A stretch of DNA of 64,000 nt from assembly GCA_951406725.2 (NCBI GenBank), contig OX597816.1, positions 105,338,001-105,402,000 on the forward strand, read 5' to 3'. Source of the DNA: Octopus vulgaris. Taxonomy: Eukaryota. The notes under the pieces are model-generated. The model did no database searches, was not told the origin of the DNA, and saw nothing but the letters and a program-made list of their open reading frames with translations. This document shows, piece by piece, positions 28,101-36,726 of the stretch. The position numbers and the translations under genes are program-made. How positions within the stretch are numbered: position 1 is the first letter of the stretch; every line of letters starts with the position of its first letter.

Positions 28101-31100
28101 CTGTTTTCAGCATTGCTTCTACTGAAGCCTAAATAAAAACAAAGAATAATTTAAACTTAGTGTAATAGATGCAATAGATCATCATCATTGCTATTATCAT
28201 TATTAATATTATTTACAGGTTAACAATTGTTTTCCAATATTTGCATGGGTGAGGAGATGTTTATTTGCTACAATAATGGAACAATCAGTGTTAGGTGCCT
28301 TGCTCAAAGATAATATAATGAGTTGTGAGATCTGAACTTATGATATTGTGCTGAGTACTCTCACATCTTAGCCTCAAAGACATTTTATACAATTTTTTAA
28401 CGATAAAAATTTCAATTTTACTTTGATCTTCTGTTTTTTTTTCATTAGATTCAATTGTTAAGTCATTTGTAGTCTATGTTAGACAACTTCACAAGAGTTT
28501 CTCATAGCTATTCATAATGAGGCAGACTGAGTGATTGAGAATGAAATATTTCTGCTCAGAAGACAACATTGACCAGCTTCAGCTGTACTGGAGCTAGAAT
28601 ATATACCATTGCAATAGAATAAGAACAATTGCAACTCATTATAGTTTTGGTCACTGATTATATCTATTCACAGCCACATGCAATAAAGCACTCACAGTCA
28701 AGGGATGAACTGTCATTATTTTGCTCAGCTGGAACTCTGAATGTAAAATAAGTCAGTTTACTTGAAAAACAAGAAAAATTATAGATACCTTTTTGCGTGC
28801 AACACGTCTCTTATATTGATCAACTTTTTCCAGCTGGTCAGGCCTCTAAAACATAAGATAGACAATAAAATAATATAAATAGATTAAGTAATGTTCAAAT
28901 AAGAAGTTTCCCTACATCTTTAATTTTAAACACATAATCATCAACATTATCATCACATTGCAGGGTGTTGTGGCGAGAGTCATTGATACCACTGGGGGAT
29001 TGGAAGAATGGACTAGCCCAACTCTTATTAATAGTGGTTGGTAGTAGTCAGTGAACATTTGGTAGTCTCGCCAAGTACTTCATGTGAACACATTGATTTA
29101 ACCTCTGCTGCATAATTTATCTATACCAACCTATGGAAGGATATAAAACAAGGTCAAGACAAACTTTCTACAGTTGGATGCCCTTTCTGTCACCAACTCT
29201 TGTTTCCAAGCAAAGAAATACATCCCTCTAGCCCTTTGAACATGACCAGAACAATGGCTAGGTAGGTTTTCAGGGAAGATTGCAAATGACAGACATCACT
29301 TGTATCATCATCATCATCATCGTTTAGCGTCCGCTTTCCATGCTAGCATGGGTTGGACGGTTCAACTGGGGTCTGTGAAGCCAGAAGGCTTCATCAGGCC
29401 CAGTCAGATCTGGCAGTGTTTCTACGGCTGGATGCCCTTCCTAACGCCAACCACTCCGTAAGTGTAGTGGGTGCTTTTTACGTGCCACCCGCACAGGTGC
29501 CAGGCGAGGCTGGCAAACGGCCACGAACGGATGGTGCTTTTTATGTGCCACCGGCACAGGGGCCAGGCGAGGCTGGTAACAGACACGAACGGATGGTGCT
29601 TTTTACGTGCCACTGGCACGAGGCCAGTCGGAGCGGCACTGGCAACGGTCGCGAACGGATGGTTCTCTTACATGCCACCGGCACTGGTAACACATCTGCA
29701 ATTTCCATTGATCGATTTCGATGGGTGACATTCATTGACAACTATTGCACAATGTCAAGATGAGGAGACACCAACATGTGTGCATGTATGTGCATATTGC
29801 ACAATGTCAAGATGAGGAGACACCAACATGTGTGCATGTATGTGCACACACACATGCATGTGCACATGCGAATGTATGTATGCATGATGGAATTAAGAAA
29901 GGCATCCAACTGTAGAACTATACTAAAACAGGCAATGGAACCTAGAGTGGCTCCTAGCTTTGCCAGCTTCTGTCAAACTGTTTGCCCTATGCTAACATGG
30001 ACAATAGACATTGAATGATAATGATGATGGGCTCTTTTCAGTTTATGTCAACTAGATCCACTTACAAGGGTTTGATTGGCCTGACACCTAGGTAGCAAAC
30101 ACTTGCCCAAAGTGCCATACAGTGGGACAGAACCCAGAGTCATCTCAGTGGGAGGGTTTCCATTGGTCAGGTTTGATCATGAATCAGAATCTCTATGAGC
30201 TGATGTGAGCAAGGATTTTTTGTAAGACAGACAGTTGCCCATTTATACAAATCTCCTCTCTCCAAGCTACAAGTGCTGTCCAAAGGAAAGACCACTGGTC
30301 CAGGGTTGATAGAGCCTAGCACCAGTGTCATCACAAACATGGCTGTTAGAATGCAAAAGGGTATCTCGTTCAACACTGTAACATCATTATCATAATTTAA
30401 CATCTGTTTTCCTAGCTAGCACAGGCCGGATGGTTTGACAGGAACTGGCAAGCCAGAGAGCTGCACCAGACTCCAGTTGTCTGTTTTGGCATGATTTCCT
30501 AACAATCATTTACACATTGCAATGCTTCAAATAAATCACAATACTCTTAAACTATGTTTGATTTTTCTTTTCTTAGAAGAAAATCTGGATTTTGCCTCAA
30601 AACATTCACTTCACTTGAAAACTTCAAAACTGCATGAATTTTACACAGGCTCATGAACTGTGGGTACAAGCACACCCACTAAAATGTTTGGGTGGGGCAA
30701 TGAAAATGCTTTGAACATCCTGGGTTGGATGTGGGTTTGCACCCATTAAACAAATTTTGTTCCTGCACTTATGGAATTTTGTAATCATCAACATTATCAT
30801 CATCATCACCACCACCACCATCATTGTCATCAACATTTAATGTCCATTTTCCATGCTGATATGAGTTGGATGGTTTGACAGGATTTGGCAAGTTACAGGG
30901 TTGTGTTGAATTCTAATGTCAGCTTTGGCATAATTTCTATGGTTAGATGCCCTTCCCAATGACAACCACGTTATACATTTTACAATGTGAATATATATTA
31001 CAACTAAACAAAAAAAATAAGAAGAAGAAATGTGCAAAGTAGATGTTTCAAAATAGGTAATTTTGTTAAATAAATTATATAGAAAATATTTTTTTTTTAT

Positions 31101-31237
31101 AAAAAAATTGATTAAAAAAGCACACAATTAATTACCTGGAAACGACTGGATACATGCTTTGCTGCATTATCAATAGCTTCAGCTTCTAACCTTCCAAGAT
31201 CCAGCGGAGCTGGTGGTGTTGAGTTACTTTCTCTCAT
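1195..31237 (-). CDS. EXOC3: Exocyst complex component 3 (Sec6), 19 coding exons in window, 3' end beyond left edge
   Basis: Spliced translation [79 protein letters not shown]...[12 protein letters not shown]...[10 protein letters not shown]...[10 protein letters not shown]...[16 protein letters not shown] matches remembered animal EXOC3 motifs. All introns are GT-AG and phases are continuous (1910 nt total). Confidence 0.95.
1922..2327 (+). mobile_element. RTE-clade LINE 3' UTR fragment
   Basis: Same 3' module (ggcgttaggaagggcatccagc...ccaacccatgccagcatgg...ttaaa(tga)n) as the RT-bearing copies at 3070 and 31395. Confidence 0.75.
2922..2999 (-). CDS. EXOC3: EXOC3 coding exon 18
   Basis: (G)[25 protein letters not shown](W); CAG acceptor, GTAAAT donor; phase 2-2. 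Confidence 0.88.
3070..3920 (+). mobile_element. 5'-truncated RTE-clade LINE (decayed RT C-terminus, 3' UTR, (GAT)n tail)
   Basis: Decayed reading similar to [12 protein letters not shown]...LREKL...WYGHV, followed by the shared 3' UTR with internal tandem units. Confidence 0.75.
4229..4407 (-). CDS. EXOC3: EXOC3 coding exon 17
   Basis: [59 protein letters not shown](G); CAG acceptor, GTATTC donor. Confidence 0.88.
4466..6926 (+). mobile_element. Internally deleted Helitron in an EXOC3 intron
   Basis: 5' TC after a host A (a|tctcttgataaaaggcagattt, shared with the copy at 61378). 3' GC-rich hairpin (gccccgagcatcgccgggc) followed by CTAG|t at 6923-6927. Contains a PIF1 helicase fragment. Confidence 0.85.
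5634..6850 (+). pseudogene. Helitron RepHel PIF1-family helicase fragment (frameshifted at Walker A, C-terminally truncated)
   Basis: Motifs FVLDAPG/GTGKT (frameshift about 5865), [71 protein letters not shown]. Confidence 0.9.
7430..7550. repeat. Minisatellite, about 4 copies of a ~30 bp unit
   Basis: Repeated gaccattctgtctttttgtctttgcaat-like unit. Confidence 0.7.
7955..8165 (-). mobile_element. tRNA-derived SINE 3' half (octopus-type)
   Basis: Same sequence as the 3' half of full copies at 9835, 21485 and 36361; adjacent (TA)n. Confidence 0.75.
8786..8856 (-). CDS. EXOC3: EXOC3 coding exon 16
   Basis: (F)[23 protein letters not shown]; CAG/GTAAT boundaries, phases fit. Confidence 0.88.
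9835..10220 (-). mobile_element. Full-length tRNA-derived SINE
   Basis: Minus-strand head aggcgcaggagtggctgtgtggtaag...ggttccaggttcaattcc (pol III A/B-box-like), internal (CA)n, conserved 3' tail. Confidence 0.8.
10750..10843 (-). CDS. EXOC3: EXOC3 coding exon 15
   Basis: [31 protein letters not shown]; TAG/GTAAGT. Confidence 0.88.
11191..11405. mobile_element. Tc1/mariner-type MITE
   Basis: Terminal inverted repeats tacagaatgtccataaattacctttataa and ttgtaaagataatttatggacactgagta, with TA at both ends. Confidence 0.7.
11505..11597 (-). CDS. EXOC3: EXOC3 coding exon 14
   Basis: [31 protein letters not shown]; TAG/GTAAGT. Confidence 0.9.
13044..13110 (-). CDS. EXOC3: EXOC3 coding exon 13
   Basis: [22 protein letters not shown]; CAG/GTAAAT. 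Confidence 0.88.
13798..13893 (-). CDS. EXOC3: EXOC3 coding exon 12
   Basis: [31 protein letters not shown](E); CAG/GTAAGT. Confidence 0.9.
15061..15134 (-). CDS. EXOC3: EXOC3 coding exon 11
   Basis: [24 protein letters not shown](D); CAG/GTAAGT. Confidence 0.9.
16265..16348 (-). CDS. EXOC3: EXOC3 coding exon 10
   Basis: [28 protein letters not shown]; CAG/GTAAGT. Confidence 0.9.
17999..18104 (-). CDS. EXOC3: EXOC3 coding exon 9
   Basis: (R)[35 protein letters not shown]; CAG/GTTGTA. Confidence 0.9.
18223..18364 (+). mobile_element. Young RTE-tail retroposon copy
   Basis: Nearly identical to 62320-62459; (GAT)n tail. Confidence 0.8.
19307..19420 (-). CDS. EXOC3: EXOC3 coding exon 8
   Basis: (R)[37 protein letters not shown](R); CAG/GTCTGT. 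Confidence 0.92.
20610..20758 (-). CDS. EXOC3: EXOC3 coding exon 7
   Basis: [49 protein letters not shown](R); TAG/GTAAT. Confidence 0.92.
20944..21110. mobile_element. Penelope-like retroelement 3' fragments in inverted arrangement
   Basis: Interleaved inverted repeats. The minus strand reads RHKKKMIL, resembling the C-terminal CRHxxKxxL end of Penelope GIY-YIG ORFs. Flanked by (GA)n. Confidence 0.5.
21485..21860 (-). mobile_element. Full-length tRNA-derived SINE nested in an older plus-strand SINE (21296-22270)
   Basis: Matches the 9835 copy. The host SINE head lies at 21296-21450 and its tail at 22150-22270, with the insertion in the internal microsatellite. Confidence 0.8.
21871..22090 (+). 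mobile_element. Probable Penelope-like pseudo-LTR fragment inserted in (TA)n
   Basis: Pyrimidine-rich ~220 bp unit flanked by TA repeats, containing ccgacgaagagctccgctcgaaacgtt (hammerhead-like core typical of Penelope pLTRs). Confidence 0.55.
22351..22432 (-). CDS. EXOC3: EXOC3 coding exon 6
   Basis: [27 protein letters not shown]; TAG/GTAAG. Confidence 0.92.
22518..22965 (-). mobile_element. Two tandem copies of a second SINE family (MetaSINE/MESC-like core, (AAT)n tail)
   Basis: Each copy carries a gttcaaattcc B-box-like motif and the core gcctttcatcctttc.gggtcgataaa..agtaccag. The same family occurs at 42135-42310, 47716-47900 and 53300-53600. Confidence 0.7.
23682..23892 (+). mobile_element. 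piggyBac-like MITE (TTAA ends)
   Basis: ttaaccattttgatacc...ggtaacaaaagggttaa; homologous to 51791-52020. Confidence 0.75.
24564..24670 (-). CDS. EXOC3: EXOC3 coding exon 5
   Basis: [35 protein letters not shown](Y); TAG/GTATGT. Confidence 0.92.
25243..25470 (-). mobile_element. RTE-tail retroposon copy
   Basis: (CAT)n followed by the reverse complement of the shared 3' module. Confidence 0.75.
26005..26095 (-). CDS. EXOC3: EXOC3 coding exon 4
   Basis: [30 protein letters not shown]; CAG/GTTTGT; phases fit neighbours. Confidence 0.85.
26700..27475 (+). mobile_element. Decayed pogo/Tigger-family transposon (N-terminal CENP-B-type HTH region)
   Basis: Fragmented plus-strand reading from 26958: [17 protein letters not shown]...[13 protein letters not shown]....[17 protein letters not shown]...LDHVL.E....SEHM....MIMKQ.K...CKHSQG...DHKKAEKF; many stops and frameshifts. 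Confidence 0.7.
28016..28128 (-). CDS. EXOC3: EXOC3 coding exon 3
   Basis: [37 protein letters not shown](S); TAG/GTGAG. Confidence 0.93.
28789..28845 (-). CDS. EXOC3: EXOC3 coding exon 2
   Basis: [19 protein letters not shown]; TAG/GTATC. Confidence 0.92.
29305..29710 (-). mobile_element. RTE-tail retroposon copy with internal tandem units
   Basis: (CAT)n, shared 3' module, four ~60 bp units (ggtgcttttacgtgccaccggcac...). Confidence 0.8.
29743..29846. repeat. Perfect 52 bp tandem duplication
   Basis: tattgcacaatgtcaagatgaggagacaccaacatgtgtgcatgtatgtgca occurs twice in direct succession. Confidence 0.85.
31136..31237 (-). CDS. EXOC3: EXOC3 first coding exon (ATG at 31237; acceptor at 31258-31259 implies an upstream non-coding exon)
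   Basis: [34 protein letters not shown]; GTAAT donor; polypyrimidine tract and CAG 20 nt upstream of the ATG. Confidence 0.88.
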
Positions 31238-31394
31238 TGAGGAAATTTCAAAATTTACTGCAAAAAATGAATAAACAACAAAATATTAATAAAATTTAAT
31301 CACAAATTTTAAATAGAAGACAATCTTGTCTTATCGCTGACGTTTGTTCAAGAGTTTGTAGACATTTAAATTTTATATGCATATTTGAAAGCAT

Positions 31395-32475
31395 GGCAGT
31401 GAAAATAAGAATAGGCTAGACAAAGTTCGGTGAGCTCCTACCTCTGTTGGCAACAAAGGGCCTCTCCCACAGACTAAAAGGCAGACAGCATAATGCCTGT
31501 GTGCGAACAGTTATGCTACACAGCAGTGAAACATGGGCTGTAGCCATCAAAGACATGTGGAAGCTTGAAAGAAATGAAGCTAGCATACTTCATTGAATGT
31601 GCAATGTCAGTGTACATGTATGATAGAGTATACGTGTCTTGAGAGAAAAGTTGGGTATAAGAGGCATTAGATGTGGTATGCAAGAGAGACAACCTGCGCT
31701 GGTATGGTCATGTGATGTGTATGGATGAGGACAGCTGTGTAAAGAAGGGCTGATCTCTAACTGTGGAGGAGGTAAACCCAGAAAGACATCGGACAAGGTG
31801 GTGATTATCTTTGAGCGTTGGGCCCCATGAAGGCAATGACTAGTGACCGAGAATTTTGGCAATATGCCGTGCTTGAGACGACCCATCAAGCCAGTGTCAT
31901 GTAACTGGCACCCATGTTGGTGGCATATAAAAGCACTTTTTGAGCATTGGGCCTCACAGAGGCAATGTGACTGACGGTAGTGTCACATAACTAGCACCCA
32001 TGCCAGTGGAATATAAAGAGCACCTTTCAAGCATTGGGCTTCACAGAGGCAATATCATCAATACCAGTGTTGCATAACAAGCACCTTTCATGCATTGGGC
32101 CTCACAGAGGCAATGTGGCCAATGCAGGTGTTGTGTAACTAGCACTTGTTCTGGGGCACATAAAAAGCATCTTTCCAGGATTGGGCTTCATGGAATAAAT
32201 GACAAATGACCAAAACCTTTGGCAATATGCTGTACTTGAGTAGAAGACCCATCAAGCCCAATGAAATTGCAATTGTGACAGATACGAGTGTTATGCAACT
32301 GGCACATAAAAGCACCCATTACACTCTTTAAGTGGTTGGCATGAGGAAGGGCATCCAGCCATAGAAACCTTGTCAAATCAGACTGGAGTCTGTGCAGTTC
32401 CTCAGCTTGCCAGCCCTGGTCAAACCGTCCAACCCATGCCAGCATGGACAAAGGACATTAAATGATGATGATGAC
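31395..32475 (+). mobile_element. 5'-truncated RTE-clade LINE
   Basis: Decayed RT C-terminus (KIRIG.TKFGELLPLLATKGL..RLKGR..NACVRTVMLHSSETWA...LERNEAS...LREKLGIRGIRC), 3' UTR with tandem units, (GAT)n tail. Confidence 0.85.
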
Positions 32476-33344
32476 ATACATACATATACATATATTGGCA
32501 TTACCTTGAATATGCTAGGCCATACTATCCCTGAAGGTCTCTCCTGGCAATAGTACAACCTTAACAAAGCTAGCATTCTTCAAGGCTCAGGTAAGACAAA
32601 CAACAGAATACTGCTCTCAAGGGTCGGACGGTGCTGCTACTACAGCTAAACTGAGATAACCTAGCCTGCATCCAGAGAAAGGTTACTCACTGAAACGCCC
32701 ACCCTCCTTCCTACAGTTGTTTGTTTCTATAACCTGCCTTTTTTTTTAAACGCTACTATAATGGTCTCTGTTAACCAGAGCTAGGTCGTCTCGTACCGCT
32801 TCTGCTCAGGCATTCCCGGCTCACTCGTCTCTTTTCCTTTCGTCTATGTTGTGTCTATCCTTAACGACAGGTACGGTACAAACCACAACTCCCGATGGTT
32901 TCTCCCTAAAAGTTTTGACCCACGAGAAATCTCTCCCTGTGAATTTCGACTGGCAACAGTTTAAGCAGAACATTAATACCATCAATCATACTGATAAAGG
33001 AGGACTTGCGACGGTCATGAACAGTGGATGCGAAACCATTGGTCACTATATGACCAGACATATACTTAACACATACACACACACAAACTTGGGTTTTGTC
33101 AACTGAATCTGGAATTACTATTTTAATTGAAAGACTGTTTTCTTTTTTCAAGAAGAAAATTCAGAGTTCCACAAAGTATCTTTAAAACGTGATATTGATT
33201 ACAAAAGCATTTGACAAATGTTTGTTATTTCATCGTATCTGTACTACAAGTAAAAAAATATACGTAAATATATATCGTCAGTGGTTACAGAAATTACAAT
33301 AATTCATGAATTATAATATAATAATATATGTTTGTTGTACTTAC

Positions 33345-33460
33345 GATCGCAAGAGTATAAAACAATTTATCATATCACGTAAATAAACAGTTTAATATAT
33401 AAATGTCGAGAAAAATCATTAAGTATCAAATTAAACGATTTCCTGTCTCAAGGGAGGTAA
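33345..33460 (-). promoter_or_regulatory. Candidate non-coding exon 1 and transcription start region of EXOC3
   Basis: Perfect GTAAGT donor on the minus strand at 33339-33344, inside a CpG-retaining, repeat-poor stretch about 2 kb upstream of the first coding exon. The upstream boundary is uncertain. Confidence 0.45.
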
Positions 33461-35689
33461 TTCTCATCTTCAAATATTTTGCAACTCACAAACTAAAGAT
33501 TTTCATTTTTAACTCAAGAAAACGTTACTTCTCAATTTACTTGGTGTACAGATAGGCATTGTTCTGTAATCAGCAACGCGTGTGAAGAGACAAGTTTTAA
33601 GTCCCTCTTTTATTTCTTATTTCTTGAAAAACGTGCTATCATATCTGCCCCCGACATCTAAACAGAAAAGGACACATTGCACAGTGTAGTAGTTTTGGAT
33701 ATACAAAAAAAACATGGGACGGTCGTATAAAATTGCTAAATACGTAATGTGTAAAATAGTAGATGTTTTTATTTAATCCTATGTCGGCTTTGATTGTTTC
33801 TGTCAATGCATCTCGTATGTCTGCATATCAAGGACTACAATATGGAATTTTTTAAAGATGCAAGAGTGTGATTTGGGGAAAATTTGGTTGCTATTTCTAG
33901 CAGGTCGTGTTACCGTGAAGCGCCGTCATTGGCTCACTTTTCACTGAGTGTGCCTTTATTGTTACTCCAAAGTTCCTCTAATCCGCTCCTTTTTATTATA
34001 CCCCTACTTTAAGAGCAACCATAGATTTGGTGTTTCTAATGTATGTCTTAATGTACAGGAATTTTGGCAAAACGTATTTTGCAAGATAGTGACTGATTGT
34101 TCCTCGTCTTATTTGTCAACTTAAGATGTATCTTCAGTCCAAGATTACGATTTATCACTTGCAGTAGAAGCCACCAACCTCATTCCCATCTAGGAGACAC
34201 CTGTAGTTAGACAATTTAACAACTTCCCAGTTGTGCCCTCTGTTTATTGACAGCTACATGCTTAGTGGGCCTATAGTTCATCTAAAGAAAACTTTTATTT
34301 GTTAAACGTTCTTTCTCTAGAGAACTATAAGTGAATGAGATTAAAAAGTTCAAGACTATATGAACACACTAGCAAGAGTTGTTCGGGTCCTGAGGTTACA
34401 ACATCAAAGTTCCCTGAACATTTTTCATTTATGAGTGATTTTGGCAAGTGCCTTCTACTTTTGTTCCGGGTGTCTCTAAGATTCTTGAATCATGCTTACT
34501 CGTAATTAAATTTAGGAACGAATATGAATGTTGTGGATATAAACTTCTTTCAGAATTCCCCTCATACAAATTTGTATCTGTATATATCATTGGCCACAGG
34601 TAGTTGCAGACCCTAAGAGCACTGTTATGCATGTTTAAGGAGCATGTTACATTATTCTGATCTAGATTTCTCACATCAAGCATTTTCTCGTGTTTTCATT
34701 TCAATTCATAAACAGTTTGTGTTTTGTATTATATTGTAAAATTTTATGAACAAGTGTTCAGGGTCCTGAGGTTACAACATCTAAGTTTTCCAAACATCCT
34801 TCTTTTATAGGTGCAGACATAGTTTGTGGTTAAGAGGTTCGCTTTGCAACTGTGTTCATTGGGGGTTAGGGTGCGACATCTACTTTAGCCCGGGCTGGCT
34901 GAGACAATTGGGTGGAACATTGTCACATGTGTGACAACTTGACAAACTGAGCGGTGGCAAGACAAGATTAACTGGGTATTTACCAAACTTCAAAAGAAGT
35001 ATTCGCAGCAATTTGAGCGACAAAACAGTTCAAGAGGGTGCCCTAGCATGACTGCAGTCCAAAAACTAAGACAGGTCAAAAAATTATACTAAAACAATAT
35101 TGCGGAACTATGAACGATAAGTCATGGCGTAACCACAAGTGACAAACATGAAGAATATTCAGGAACTGCGGGCGATATTGGGAGCATTATATTTCTATGT
35201 TAGTTACATTCATTGGTATATGCTATATCTATAAGTTCTTATTGTGGGAAAAATTACATTCAATTTTCACAATACGCTGTTTATAGTTAATGTACAAGGA
35301 GCAAGAATTAAGCAAAGTTATCTCCCTTTGTTTTGAAGTTCTAAACTTTTCATGTCTGCAGACTATTTACATTTTTTCTCCCCTTTAAGTTGAGCAATTT
35401 CCAAAAGTTCATTCGGATGTAAATTATTACTTCTAGTCCTAGTTTGAATGATTCAGCATATCTAAATCCGATCGTTTGACCTCAGTTTGCTGTATCTCTA
35501 TTCCCCGCAAGTTGATTTCTTTTTATCTCGGCAACATCCCATCTACTCTTATCTTTTGCTTCTTGTTTTAGTCATTGGGTTGCAGCAATGCTAGGGTACC
35601 ACCATGAAAGGTTTAGTTGAAGAAAACAACCCCAAGACTTATATCTTAAAGTTTGGTACTTATTCTATAGGTCTTTTTTCACCAAACCA

Positions 35690-36360
35690 ATCATCGTTTA
35701 ATGTCTGCTTTCCATGCTAGCATGGGTTAGACGGTTTTGACGTTGGAGCAGTTCACACTCCAGTTGTCTATTGTGACATGGTTTCTAAGGCTGGATGCCC
35801 TTCCTAGCGCCAACCACCTAACAGAGTTTACTAGGTGCTTTTTATGTGGCACCGGCACCTGAAAGGGCATGCCAGTATGAATGGAAGACAGCAATTTTAC
35901 TCAGCTTGACATGTCTTATCAAGAAGTACAGTAAATCGTCACATCTCCTGGTCCCTTGTCATTTCCTCAGTGAGGCCCAGCATCTGAAAATCCATTCTAA
36001 CCACTTCATCTCATGACTTCCTGGGTCTACCCCTTCCCCAATTAGGTCAGCCGTCCTCACCCAACCAAACCACCAGTCTTCTTTCTTGCACACATCTGAA
36101 GCCACTTATACTGTCATATCTCACTACCATGTAATATAGCTGTACGTACACAAGCATCATACAATGTGCCTTTCACTCTAAGAGAGAGGTCCTTAGTTAC
36201 TAACAAATGTAGGAGCTCTCTGAACTTCGCCCAGATATTCTTATTCTAGCAACTACACTTTCAGAACTTCCTTCACCACTGCTAACTTGGTCTCTTAGGT
36301 AACAAAAGCTATCTATTACTTCTAATGACCCCCGCCCCAAGCATTTGAGGGAGTCTATTG
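35690..36360 (-). mobile_element. RTE-clade LINE fragment
   Basis: Minus-strand LEVIDSFCYLRDQVSSGEGSSESVVARIRI (RTE RT region) plus the shared 3' tail. Confidence 0.8.
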
Positions 36361-36726
36361 TCCTTCTTTTACTTGTTTCAGTCGTTTGACTGCAGCCATG
36401 CTGGAGCACCGCCTTTAGTCAAAGACATCAACATCAGGACTTATACTTTGTAAGCCTAGTACTTATTATCGGTCTCTTTTGCCAAACCGTTAAGATACAG
36501 GGACATAAACACACCAGCATCGGTTGTCAGGCAATGGTGGGGACAATATATATATATATATATGTGAGCTTCTTTCAGTTTCCGCCTACCAAGTCCACTC
36601 ACAAGGCTTTGATTGGCCCGAGGCTATGGTAGAAGACAGTTACCCATGATTCCATGCAGTGGGACTGAACCCAAAACCATGTGGTCTGGAAGCAAGCTTC
36701 TTACCACACAGCCACGCCTGCACCTA
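36361..36726 (-). mobile_element. Full-length tRNA-derived SINE
   Basis: Same family as 9835 and 21485. Confidence 0.8.

Noticed and set aside
29353-29763. Repeated ORFs of the MDGSTG...LDALPNANH type, and a CRISPR-like repeat-spacer look
   Set aside because: These are chance frames in a high-copy retroposon 3' UTR. The units are tandem repeats with related linkers, in a eukaryote, with no cas genes.
32846-33151. Overlapping 81-86 aa ORFs upstream of EXOC3
   Set aside because: No recognisable motifs or splice support; lengths are within chance expectation.
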